Source: Sphaerodactylus townsendi
Lineage: Eukaryota
Assembly (NCBI RefSeq): GCF_021028975.2
Contig: NC_059433.1
Coordinates: 88,722,001 to 88,786,000 of the forward strand
Reading direction: 5' to 3'
DNA: 64,000 bases
Shown one piece after another: positions 33,801-46,400 of the stretch. Each line of letters opens with the position of its first letter. Within the stretch, counting starts at the first letter, position 1. The position numbers were made by a program, and so were the translations under genes. The notes below the pieces were generated by a model, which saw only the letters and a program-made list of their open reading frames with translations, did not search any database and had not been told where the DNA came from.

Positions 33801-36800
33801 TTGGAGGTCCTAGAAAGATGCTGCCAAGTAGGACAGTAATACTCGGGCAGAATCAGCATGGCGATCATTGTCTAACTCATACAAAATTCAAAACGTTAGT
33901 ATCACTTTAAACTTACTTTGTTTTGTTTAAACCCAGTTTTATTTCAAGAACTTTAATTAAATGCTCATTTTCTTTATGAGGAACAAATGTCTGGAAAACA
34001 GATGGGAGTTTTTGTTAGCACTAATTTCAAGTTTCACACTCTTCTTTTCAGTCAATACAAGATAGTTACAAGCACATTACATCTCTAACAAAAGTCACAA
34101 TTTGTACTAGGAGGCAGCTGCATTTATATAAGAATCCTGTTCTGCAGGTTTTGTGGGGGATTGGTCCATCAGTGGCTATTTGCCATAATGACCAAAGCAG
34201 ACCTCCCCAATTCTGAGGCAATCAGTCTCTGAGTACTGCTTTTAAGAGGCAACATTGGAGGAAAGCATTGGCCTCTGTGCCCTTTTTATTGGGCCTCGAC
34301 AGCAAGTGGTTAGTCACAAAACCTGCAGGAACAGAGTAAAATTCTGTGGAGGGGGCGGACTGAAGCTCAAGGGGAAATTGAAGAACTCACCATCAGCCCT
34401 CTTGTATAAGCTGTTCTGCAAACAAAGCAAAATTTGGGCAGGGCGATTTCTGCCTATTTCTCCTTTTTGCTGCAGCCCCTTCACCACTTCTCACTCTGTT
34501 ACTATGCCCCTGTCCCGACTTCGGGTGCTTTGAGGAGTAGGGGAGGAAGAGAGCAGAAGGTTGCAGAAAAAAAAGGGAAATGTCTATTCTACCAACTCAT
34601 TTTTTTTACAGTCCACAGTTTCAATCAAATATAATTCTCTTTCATGGTGGAGACTGCCCTGGAAAATAGTTGATCTGTTCATCGGTTTAGTCCATTCTCT
34701 CTTTGCAGAATACAAAAGGATTGTGTGGTTCCCCCCTCCCCACAGAAGGCTCATTTAGCTAAGACAATCAGATGAAGCTATTATTGTGTTAAATTAAATT
34801 ACACAACTTTACCTTCACTACAAGGTTCAAAGTCACCGTTATTGTGGACACCAAATAAAAATAAAACACTTTCAGCATCCTGGAAAAAAGCGTCCCCTTT
34901 TTGGTATTCATCTGCAAAAAAACAAACAAAACATGGAAATGCCTGTGAAAAACAAAATGAAAGTCTTCCTCCTCCTACACACTCGGCTACCGCCTCCTCC
35001 AGAATCCTATAAGCTCTCTGGAGGCACAGCAGCTAATTTTGCTCTCTCACTTGTTACTCCCTTTAACATGCCTTGCCTTTCTAGAGAATACCCACCCTTC
35101 ATCAAGCCAGATTATTTTATTTAGCCTAGTTTTTTTTGCATACTTAACAAGGCCCTCCCCTACAGAAAAAGTTTATGGAAATCCCTGTCTTGCCAGCAGG
35201 TAGCCTAGTTCCGCCATTTTTGTCATTGGCACAAGCCACTCACGTGGCACTAGAAAGAGTAATCAGAGGGAAGCATTAAGGTAGACCAATAGCCAAGCTA
35301 ACAAACAAAACATGATTATTATTACCTGGAGGCATTTTGCAAGCAGTACAGCTGCTACAAGGCTCAGCAGTGGAGATACCAATAAAACTGAATTCTCAAA
35401 TTGCAAAACGTAGCCCAGGAAGATAGAAAATAAGTAGATTTTGTAAACCTCGTGGACCTGTTGAGGAGAAAGACACGTGCTAGTAACAGTCATAGCTGCA
35501 ATAAACATCAACCCTATGCATTTACAATTAAACAAAAATTAAAAGCATTTCATACTTCTATGCTTGCTCCACCACTGAGAATAATTGGTATATTATACAT
35601 ACAGTAGGTATATAGAACGTATGTATGTCATTGCAAAAAAAAAATAATAACGAAAGATAAAGCAACCATAAACAAAAATGCAATCATTCATTTCTTTTAT
35701 TCTAAGGGAGGTCAGCATATCCCATCTGCAATAAAAGTATTCAATTCTAACGTGGAGTCACAAATCCTATATGCAGCATCAATTTGAATTAATGGCTTTA
35801 CGGCTGAATTCGACAGTATACGAGCAAGTTTTCTAAGAGCCATTTTCCAGGTCCCTAATTGTGTGCCCGATGCAGTACTCTTTTTGGAAGCTGGAGAATA
35901 TCCATTGTCTACAAAAGCTTGGTTGTATGCTATAAAATTATGGCTAAAAGTGTTTGTTTTTCCAAATGCTTCTGGTTTATTGCATTATCTGTTGTTTGAA
36001 TCCTTTTCTAGCAATTGGTGGAAAGTGATTGAAAAGAAAGTCACTATGTTCGGGCTTTCACCAAACTTTTTATTGTGTTTAGGTTACGAGATGGCTCTAA
36101 AATCAATATACCAAAGATTCAAAGACATCACTTATGCAAAACTAAGAACTGGTACAGTAACTACTTGCTCTCCATTAGCTTTTGGTTTGGACTATTATGC
36201 ACCATTAAATGTAGCTAATTACATGAACAACTTAACTATAGCTCGATATAGAAACTTATTCTCCTGAACGAGATTAAATGTGTTTGAATCGGAAATGCTG
36301 TCTGGCCGTTTGAAAGGTATTCCTTACGTATATAGGCTGTGTCTGTGTAATAATAATACGATTGAATCAATCATACACATTCTGTTAGATTGGCCTTGGT
36401 ATTATTTACCTCGTAAGAAATTGCTATTCCCATGGTTAAATAATAGATTTTTCAGTTCTGAATTGTCAAAGGTTAAATACCTATTTGAGGACAGAGTTTT
36501 TAAATTAACTTTAGATGTTGCAAAGTTTTTATCTCAAGCCTCAAGAATTAGATCGACTAAGATAATGAAGTGATAATTTTGTATCATATGAAAATAGCAC
36601 TGTTTTACGCTGTCTTAAATTCCACGCAATTATAATATTACTTGTGTATTTGTTATCTGTTTTTAAAATTGTATGGAGTCTATGAACTATGAGTAAATAA
36701 AGAGAGAACGTATGTAATTCAGAACACCATCTTTTAAACTAAATTGTTACAGTTTTAAATTGTGCATTATTGTGCATTGTGTATTATTATAAGAACATAT

Positions 36801-39800
36801 GTAAATTGCTCTTATGGATTGCACCAATGGCTGGACTTCAGACACATGAAGCTGCTGTATACTGAGTCAGCCCATTGGTCTGTCAAGGTCAGTATAGTGT
36901 CTCCAGACAGGCAGTGGCCTTCCAGGTCTCAGGTGGAGGCCTTTCTCCTCACCTGCTACCTGTTCAACTGAAGATGCCAGGAATAGGATGGGAATAAAGA
37001 CTGGCCTTTGATGCCAAATGAAAAGAGAAACTGGCAACCTGCCAACTCCTTTTGAATATAAAAGCCTCTTTTGACCAAGTCAGTCCAACAGCTCATCTAA
37101 TTTAACGATGCTTGTTTTGACTGGCAGAAAGAATCTTTCCCAGCCCCAGCTACCCAAGATCCTTTAACTGCAAATGCCAGGGACAGACCTTGAGACTTTC
37201 TCCTCACAAAGAATGTTCTACCGCTGAGTGAGAGCTGTTCCTCTTCTACACACTAACACACAAATTGTCGGGGATCTGGGCCCATGTATTTAGGATCAGG
37301 ATGTCAGAGTAGTTTCATGCATATCTATCTTATGCTAAAGAACCTCTAGAGTAAGCTCCCAATATTTTTCAACAAGAAATTGAAGCAATAATTGTTTTGC
37401 TTATTGAGTGTCTATCTCAAATATTGAGTGTCTATCTCATCAGGCCAAGCTTTAGAAGGATACAGGTACATATTTAGTTAATTAGGTTTTTTTAAAATGC
37501 AAAATACCTTTTCTGTCTGCGCAAGTGCTACGGTGTCTAGCAGGAAGAGACAAACAGCCTGGATGAACAATAGATAGTGACTGTATTCCCACATCATCAT
37601 AAAAGTGTATGTTGAAGCGCTCACCAACAGGTAGGAAAATCTCTGCAGCAGAAGTAGGAAGCAAAGAGGAGTGTTGTAAAAAAACAGACACTCTAATCCC
37701 AGAGCAAATCTGAATTCAGCCCCCACCCCAACCCCCAGCCTAGAAAACTGTATGGCTAAATTGGGGTCTTAGGCTGGGGTCCAAGTCCAAAGGTTAAATT
37801 AGAAATTCTTGCCATCGCAAGAAATAAAAGTTCACATTACGGAGACCCCCAAGATTCTAACAAGAGCCCGAAGGAGTTCACGGCCACAAAGTATACATTA
37901 CTGATGCATTTGATCAATATGTGGTCCTCAAAAATACCTGCTTGTCCCATTTTTTAATTCCACCTTTCCCCACAAGGAGCTCAGAGAAGTATATGTATGT
38001 AAAATTCAAGAAGATATAGCAGGAGGGCAGAACCCCATTGAGAATAAGACTCAACTTGTCTCTGAAAAGATAGTAGGGAGAGTTCTACATTAAACTCCTG
38101 CAGAAAGGCATTCTAAAACTCTGAAACAGCAAGAGAAGAGGCCTGGTTTTCCGAGGACAACCTGGCTATAGCATATGAAGGATGGCTCAGTGAGGTTTCA
38201 ACAGTTCTTGACTGGCAAGTATTCATATGGCAGGTGACTCCTTCTAAGTTCATTAAGACTGTGCCAGTTACGGGCTTTAAAGGTTCAAACCAGAACCTGA
38301 ACTTGGGCTTGGAACTGGCAGCCACGGTAGATTTCTCAAAATAAGTATAATGCAGTGGAACCAGCTCTCATTCATCCGCAAGTGAACAGCAATACTTCAT
38401 GAGCCAAAAGTTTGTATGATAAAATATTTATCAGTACTACATTTTATACCAACATTTACAGCTTACCTCAGCAGAAGAATTGGTGCTGCTCTTTAAGTAG
38501 CCTGTAAGAGCTGCAACCTGACATGCAAAATATGGAAGTGCCCAATTTTCCCTTAATGGAATTGAGTAGTCTATTCTAGTTGTATCTGCCCTGAAAAACA
38601 AAAGCCAACAAAAAGTAACAGACACATTTACCAAGTTAGTTCTGGAAGAATAATACCGGTATTAAGGGACCAGATTTGACTACTGCTCTTAACAGAGGTG
38701 ACATATTAGTCCTTGAGTCTTCAAATAATAAGGACTTTTTGGGAACTAATCACACTTGGCATTGCTACCTAATTCAATGTACTTTATATGGCTAGGAAGC
38801 AAATTCCATTCAAAGAGATGTTTTTCCTATAATCACTTACAATGAAAAAGCAAGTTTCTCTTCAAAAAAAGAATTCAAAGCACCTTCCAAGCATTCAGAA
38901 TCATAACAAACATGGCTGGTGAATAGGCAAATATTCCTTTCATTTATTTTTCTAACATTTCCAATCACAGTATATCAATTAACAGAAACTTTCATAAAAT
39001 TCATGTACAAACAGAGCAGAGAAAGCAGAGGAAAGGAAAAAATGCTTTCGAAATAGACTAATTTATTCAGTTCAAGACAGTAAAACAGAAGACTTAAGTG
39101 ACGCATTATTTACAGTTTGCTTTACCTGTTAATAATGAACCAGGCGACTGTTAGCATTCCTGCCAGCCAAGTTCCACTCATCAGCCAGCTGGTTACAAAC
39201 AGTGCAGTGACATAAATCCCCTGCAGTCCAAAAACTATGCCAATGTAAAAGTACACTGGCTCTATAACTTCCTGAAAATGAAAGAGAAGTCTTTTCTAAA
39301 AATAGGAAACAAGTCACAAACAGGTCACACAGCTGGGAATGGAAATAAAAGCACAACAAACCTTCTGAAGGATAGAACAGGGGTCCTCACTGTGATTCTC
39401 ATGGAAAATACAGCATTCAGCAAGTATTTTTAGAAAGTGGGTGGGACCACTGGGGCTATTGGTTATTTGACTGCCTGTGCAGATTTTTAAAAGCATTGCT
39501 TCAGCTGCCACCTCAACACAAGGGTCAACATAGTATTGTTGAAGGTAAGCTGCAGCCGCCATTTTGTATCTGTGCCCACCCTGCTGTGCCAGAATATTAA
39601 AGAGGTCCACAGGCTCAGAAAGGTTAGGAATTCCTGGGGTACATTTATATATGTACGTATATTGTATATTTTACTGTAGCTCTTTTATTAATATGATTTT
39701 ATGTTATGTTGTTAAGGCCTGTAACTATACCACTTAATAAATATTTACATTTACTGTGTGTTTGTGGGACGGTATTATATCAGCAGCCTATCTACTTTGA

Positions 39801-42800
39801 GAAAAAGAGAACTTTCTGTTGTAACCAAAAAATTAACACCTCATATATTAAAGCAGAATATGGAAGAACAGAACCTCACTTATTAAAAACACAAAACAAT
39901 TCTAGCAATATAGTTTTATAAAACATTAAAAATTTAGAAATTTGTTCTCAGAGGAATTCAGTGCTTCTACAAAGATTTTGAAGTATTTGTTCATGTCCAT
40001 TTGAAAAAATTCAAAAGGATCTCACATACATTCACTCAGTAATTCTTACAATACAATGTTATTGTTTTCCCCATATTACAGATTATAACGTAGCAACTTG
40101 TCTAAAGCATGCAGTGGTAACAGTCAAGGAGGGGTCCAAATCAGAAATTTGCTGGCTCACAGCTAATTTAGCCACAAATTTTGTGTGACCCTAGCCATGC
40201 AAGAAATGGAAAGACTGCATCTCAAACCCTGAAAAAACTTCAGATTAATTAATAAAGATATGAATGACAGTGTGGTGCAGCAGTCAGAGCCTTTGAATTT
40301 GGTCTGGGGGCCCAGGTTCAAATCTACGTTCTGCAGTGGATGCTTAGTCACTCACTTGGGCTAGTCACTCACTCTCAGCCTAAACTATCTCACAAGGTTA
40401 TTGTGATGATAAAATGAGGAAGAATGATTTTCGTCACTTTGGGTTCCCATTGGGGACAAAGATGGGGTATAAATGTAAATAAAATAAATAACTATTTTTT
40501 TTTAAAAAAATAAGTTATTTTTGTTGCTACTCTAGAAGATTTCTGTTTGTGAACTACCTGCTTATCTAGGTCTATGGAGCCTTCTAATTTAATAACAGTG
40601 CCATCCACCTTCTAAGCCCACTGATTTCAACAGAAAAATGAAACTGCTCACGAGGGCACTGTTAGTTGTGCCTCTTTAACCTTGTCTCCCTACTTGGCCA
40701 AAACGTGGGTTCACAATCCAGAATGTAAAGTGAACCAGAATTTTCTGGACCCATGAAGCACTTTCATGGTACCATTCATCAGGTATTAGCTGCATCTCTA
40801 TATGCTGGGATATTATTCTGAAGTAAAAGAAGCCTCTTTCGCACACAGCCTCAAGGGAGATACCTACCTCACTGCCAGATGCTTGATATAATGCACTGGC
40901 AATCAACTCAGGATATAAAGTCATTTTCTGCACTGCATTCATGGTCTTCAGTGACAGAGTTCTGTTGTCCCGGGTAAGATCATACACACCTGAGGACAAG
41001 GAAAAGAACTGCATCATCTAAGAAACTTATCATGGTCAAGAACTATTCCACTTTGAAAACTAACTTCATGACTATACAACTTCTTTCCATGGACTGAGAT
41101 TTTAGACAATTTAAAATGTTAACAGCAACATGGTCCATAAGGAACTGCTATACGCTATCATCATATTTACGCAGAAGGCAACATTAGCCTGATTTACACC
41201 TCCTCATTGGAAGAACAAGATATTCAGGGTTTAGAAAGGATGTCCACAAACTGAAAGGAGTCCAGCAAAGAGCGACAAAGCCGGTGAGGGATTTGGTGAG
41301 GGATTATCCTCCCATGAAGATAAGCTAAAGGAGCTGGGAATCTCTACGTTGGAGGACTCTCTACATTGGAGAACAGATGCTTGTGAGGTAACATGATTGC
41401 TACTTTCTAAAACCTAAAGCAGTGACTCCCAACCTTTTTTCACTCATGCATCCCTTTGCAACCCATTTCCCTTAAGCTGTACCCCCATATTAGCAAGCCC
41501 ATTATGTAAATTTTTTTCATGCACCTCTAAACAGTCTGGCACATACCCCAGGTTGGGAACCACTGACCTAAAGGGATACCATACGGAGATGTGGCAGCTA
41601 TTTTTTCAGCTGTGTGGGATGATAGGACCTGGACTAATGGATAGCAAAAGAGGTTTCACCTAAATTTGAGGAAGAACTTCCTGAGGGTGAGGTGTGTTTG
41701 ACACTGAAACAGTCTCTTTAATGAAGTGCTAAATTCTTTGTTGTTGGAAATTTTGAAGTATCGATTAGATTACTTGTCAGCAATATTATAGTTGCAGTTC
41801 CTACACTGGCAGGGCATTGGACAACATGACCTGATGGTCCCTTCCAATTCTGAGATTAAATAAACAAAAGGTACTTCCTTTTAGGTTTTGCTATGTTTGG
41901 GATCTAAAATTACTTGTGTGTTTAGATCTCATTACTGAGAACTTAGCTCTCAGCATGCAGTAGGTACATTTGTCTTACCTCTTTCAAAGGAAGGTGCCTT
42001 TAACAATTCTTTATAAAATGAGTAATAAACAGCACTATCGCCCTGAAAGGTGATTTCTCGCTCAAGCTCCTAGGGGAAAAAAATGCCAAAAAAAGAATTA
42101 TGCTCACCATTTTTTTATTTCAGTTTTTTTTAAATAGGAGAAACTACTGAATATATTTTTAGCAAAACATGGGCAGAATGGACATCAGTCTTTCCAATTG
42201 GCTACACCAGTGTTTCCCAACCTTTTCGATGTCACGGTACCCTTGGCCTCACTCTTCATATCTCATGGTACCCCTGCCATCCCCTCCACCTTCCCCTCCC
42301 AGTGCCCCTGCTTGCCACCCGCACACTTTCACCTCCAAGGGTGAAGGGAAGCACTGGGGACGGGTTGGGAAGTGGCTGCTGACCTTGCGGCAGGCCCTGC
42401 CCCATGGGCCAGCTCCATGTCCTTGCTGGCACTGGTGGGAGATGCCACAAAAGTGAGGGGGGCTGGCAGCATTGTCGCGGTACCCCTGGGACATGCTCAT
42501 GGCACCCCAGGGTACCACGGAACCCTGGTTGAGAATCGCTGGGCTACAGCTTTCTTTTAAAGTAAAAATGCCAGGATATGAAATTGGGTCCTTCTACAAA
42601 GGAGGAGGACAGTTTGGCTTGATACTCCCCTTTCTCTCCTGTAAGGAGACTCACAGGGGCTTATAAATTTCTTTCTCTCCTTCTCTCTGCAACAGACATC
42701 TTGTGAGGAGGGTGGGAGGGGCTGAGAGAGTTTAGAGAGAACTATGACTAGTCCAAGGTCGTCCAGCAGGAATGTAGAAGTGGATAAACAAATCTGGTTA

Positions 42801-43432
42801 CCCAGATAAGAGTCTGCTGCTCCTGTGAAGGACTGAGGAATCAAACCCAGTCCTCTAGATTAGAGTCCACCTGCTCTTAACCACTGCACCATGATGGCTC
42901 TGGGCTATTGACAAAGCCCTTCGTGGCCCTGGACTCTCATATCTGCAGGATCACCTCACTTCCTATGATAACTATGATAACCTTCTAGAAGTACCCTCCA
43001 AAAGCATAAGATCAACAACTGCCGTAAATGTGCTTTCTCTGTAGTTTCCCCCACTCTGAGGAATGGCCTGCTTGAGGAGGCCAGAAAGACTCCCATGTTT
43101 GGCTTTCTGTAAGCTGTATACAACAGGATGGCAATTTTTATAAAGAAATAGGATGCATTGTAACAATATCCTTCAGTGGATGTTTCACAAGAGATATTGA
43201 GACTGTGCAATATACTATTAATATTTACTATCAACTGTTTTTATCTTGTTCTTACTGCATTATATTTTGGCAACCTTTAATTCAATTGGATATTTAAATT
43301 TAATGGCAGAGTAATGCATAAAATTGCATTTTTGTTAGAAATGAATATATGTGTCAATTGATTTTCAAAGTGAATATTGTTTTGCAACATAATTTATATG
43401 GTGATACTACATGGACAATATATGTTTTTCAA

Positions 43433-43467
<35 letters not shown>

Positions 43468-46400
43468 ATACCATTTCTTGCATTATTTAAAATGTCCTGC
43501 CTTGTTTCAAACTTCTATAAATAACATAATAAAATAAAATTTTAATGTAGTCAATGTATTGCCAAGTACATTTTGTTCTCAATGCTTCTACTTCCTTACC
43601 GGCCTGCTGGAGAACCAAAATTTGCGTTCGTGATATGTTGAAAGGTACATGGCGTACATCATGCCACTGACAATGGCTGCAATGCAGCCGAAGAAAAGTT
43701 TTGCAAACCGTGGAATTAAAACATCTGTGTAGGAAAGAAAGTGGAAGAATGTTAATAAAAGACGTTAATAAAAGACATTCAAAAACTCATCTTGCGCATA
43801 AGATCATCCTTTCAAAATCAAAGCAATGGTTCCCTTAATGTCAGTCCCCTTAATCCACCAATGATCTAGATTATGATTTACCTGCTGCCTGTAATTTCTG
43901 GTTTCTAACAATCTAATGCTTAGGGATGTGTTTTACGATGCATCCAGAACTTAAACATAATATTAATGCCAATTCACACATGTTGGTATCCCAACTTGAG
44001 GTCTGATAGATGAGTATCTGTGCTTGCACTGCTGAAACATGCTGGGTCTATACAGAAACAAATGTTCTACCTATACAAACTAGCCATGAGCCAGCAGACA
44101 TCTATAGCTGCTTCTGGTCCAACTGATTTAATCATTATCCTAAAAATGAAAAATGAAATGAAATGCTTGGTCTCTGAATGCAAACAAACTGTGGCACATC
44201 TCTTGAAATGGGCACACTTGAAAGAACTTATATTCCCATTAATATCTCCTTACAAATCGTAGGTTAAACTTGATTGTATTTCACCTGCTCCTAATTCTTC
44301 ACCCAGCTTCAATTATCTCATTCATTGCTTTTATTTATTCGATCTATGTATCCCACTGTTCTCCACAATGGGGATTCAAAAAGGCTTCCATCGTTCTCCT
44401 TTCCTCCATTTTACTTTCACAACAACCCTCAGAGGTAGGTTAGGTTGAAAGTGTATGAACTGGCCCAAGGTCACCCAGCAAGCTTCCATGGCAGAGTGGG
44501 GGATTTGAATCTCCCATGTCCTAATCTGACACTTTTAAGTATTGCTTGATCTTTCTGAGTTCAATAAAATGGACTCCGGTTTCTGCAGCTTCCTAATTTG
44601 CACTGAGACACAAACTACCCTTTACTTGCAAACAGGCATAACAAACCTATCAGGTATTGTCAAAGTCTTTCACGGCCAGAATCACTGGGGTGTTGTGGGG
44701 TTTCTGGGCTGTATGGCTACTGGAACACGGACATACAGGCTGGAAAACCCACAAAACCTCACTAACCTATCAGGTTTTAGATAAGTAACATAAATAAATA
44801 AATCATCTCAACAATACTGTGGGGTAGGTTGGACTGCAAGAGTACAAACCGACCAAACATCACCGTAAGCTTCTTGTTAATTTGAACTTAGATCTCCCTG
44901 TCTAATCAGACATAACCACTACCTTGAATGGAGGAGGGGGGGTTACCCATGTTTGTAGGCCGTCCCTCAGAGTAGGCTTACTATACTACAAATCTAAGGC
45001 AGCGTGAAGACGATCTAATTACAGGGGTATCCAGTTACGGACACCTGTTAGATGAAAGGTCCATGATCGCAGTAGTTCATTTAATAGTCCCAGAATTCTG
45101 GGGAGAAAAGTCTGGCAATCAAATCGCTCTCCAGTCACTTTACACTCAAGGGGGATATTTTGCAGCATTGCCTCGGTGGATTTCATTTGTGACAATGCTT
45201 GCCCAATCAACCACTTTTCTGCAAAGCAAATGCAAAACCAAAATCCAAGGAGACACCGCCGCTAATCATACACAATATATTGCAAACACATGCAGCTTCC
45301 AACAAAGGATTTTTGCTAATATTCCCAAAGAAGAATTGTGAGTTTTGTTACACACAGACACAGCCTTGACACATTTGCACCATTTTACTAGAAAAGAGGA
45401 GAAATGCCAAGTAGAAAAAGGACTCAACTTACATCTTGGAGATTTTTTGGGGTTCTGGCATTCTTCGTTTGCCTTTTCTGGAGCTCTATCCTCAGCTTCA
45501 GGGGCATCTGGCTTCTTCCGTTGCCTCAACTCTACAGTACCTTACAACACATTCAAAAGTTATTTATTTTATCTTTTTTCTTAAAAAAAACTATTCAGAA
45601 GTTAATTCTTAAATTTTTTACACAGTAACAGATTAGTATGGGGTTAGTATGTGGCAGATTAGTGTGGTGCAGGGACCCGGCACCGGAGGTGCCGCTCCCG
45701 GTGTGCCTCAGGGGTAGCTATTGTCCCAGCTGTTATTTAACATCTATATCTGCGACCCCTTGCTCAGCTAGTGCCGGAGCTTTGGGCTGGAGTGCCATCA
45801 GTATGCTGATGATACCCAGCTCATTCTGTCGATGGAGGGGGGAGCAGACGCCGCCCCTGCAGCTCTACAGCATTGTTTGGAGGCGGTTGCTGGTTGGTTG
45901 ATGCAGAGCAGGTTAAAACTGAATCCAGCGAGGCGGAGTCCTTTGGCTAGGTAAGCGGGGGGGGGGGGGCTTCCAGGCGCCCGGTGTGGGAGAGGGTCTC
46001 GTGGCACCGGCCCCTCAGTTCGCAGCCTGGGGGGTCCACCTGGATTCGTCTCTTTCTATGGAACCCAGGTGGCCCATGTAACGCCAATTCGCGTTTTTCC
46101 ATCTTCGCCAGGCCCGGCTGGCCCCTTCCTCTGGCGGATCAGCCACAGTGATTCCTTAGCGGTCACCTCCAGGTTAGACTATTGCAACTTCGCTCACGGA
46201 GCCTACGCCAGAGACTGATCCGGAAATTCAAACTGGTCAGTATCGCGGCTCGTCTGCTCCGCGGGTGCCTCTAGAGATCACATCGCCCGTGCTGCACCGT
46301 CTGCACTGGCTCCCAGTTAATTCGAATGCGTCTTCAAGGTATTGGTGTTAACCTTTAAGGCCTTCACAGCGGTCTGGGACCCTCGTACCTTAGGGACCGT

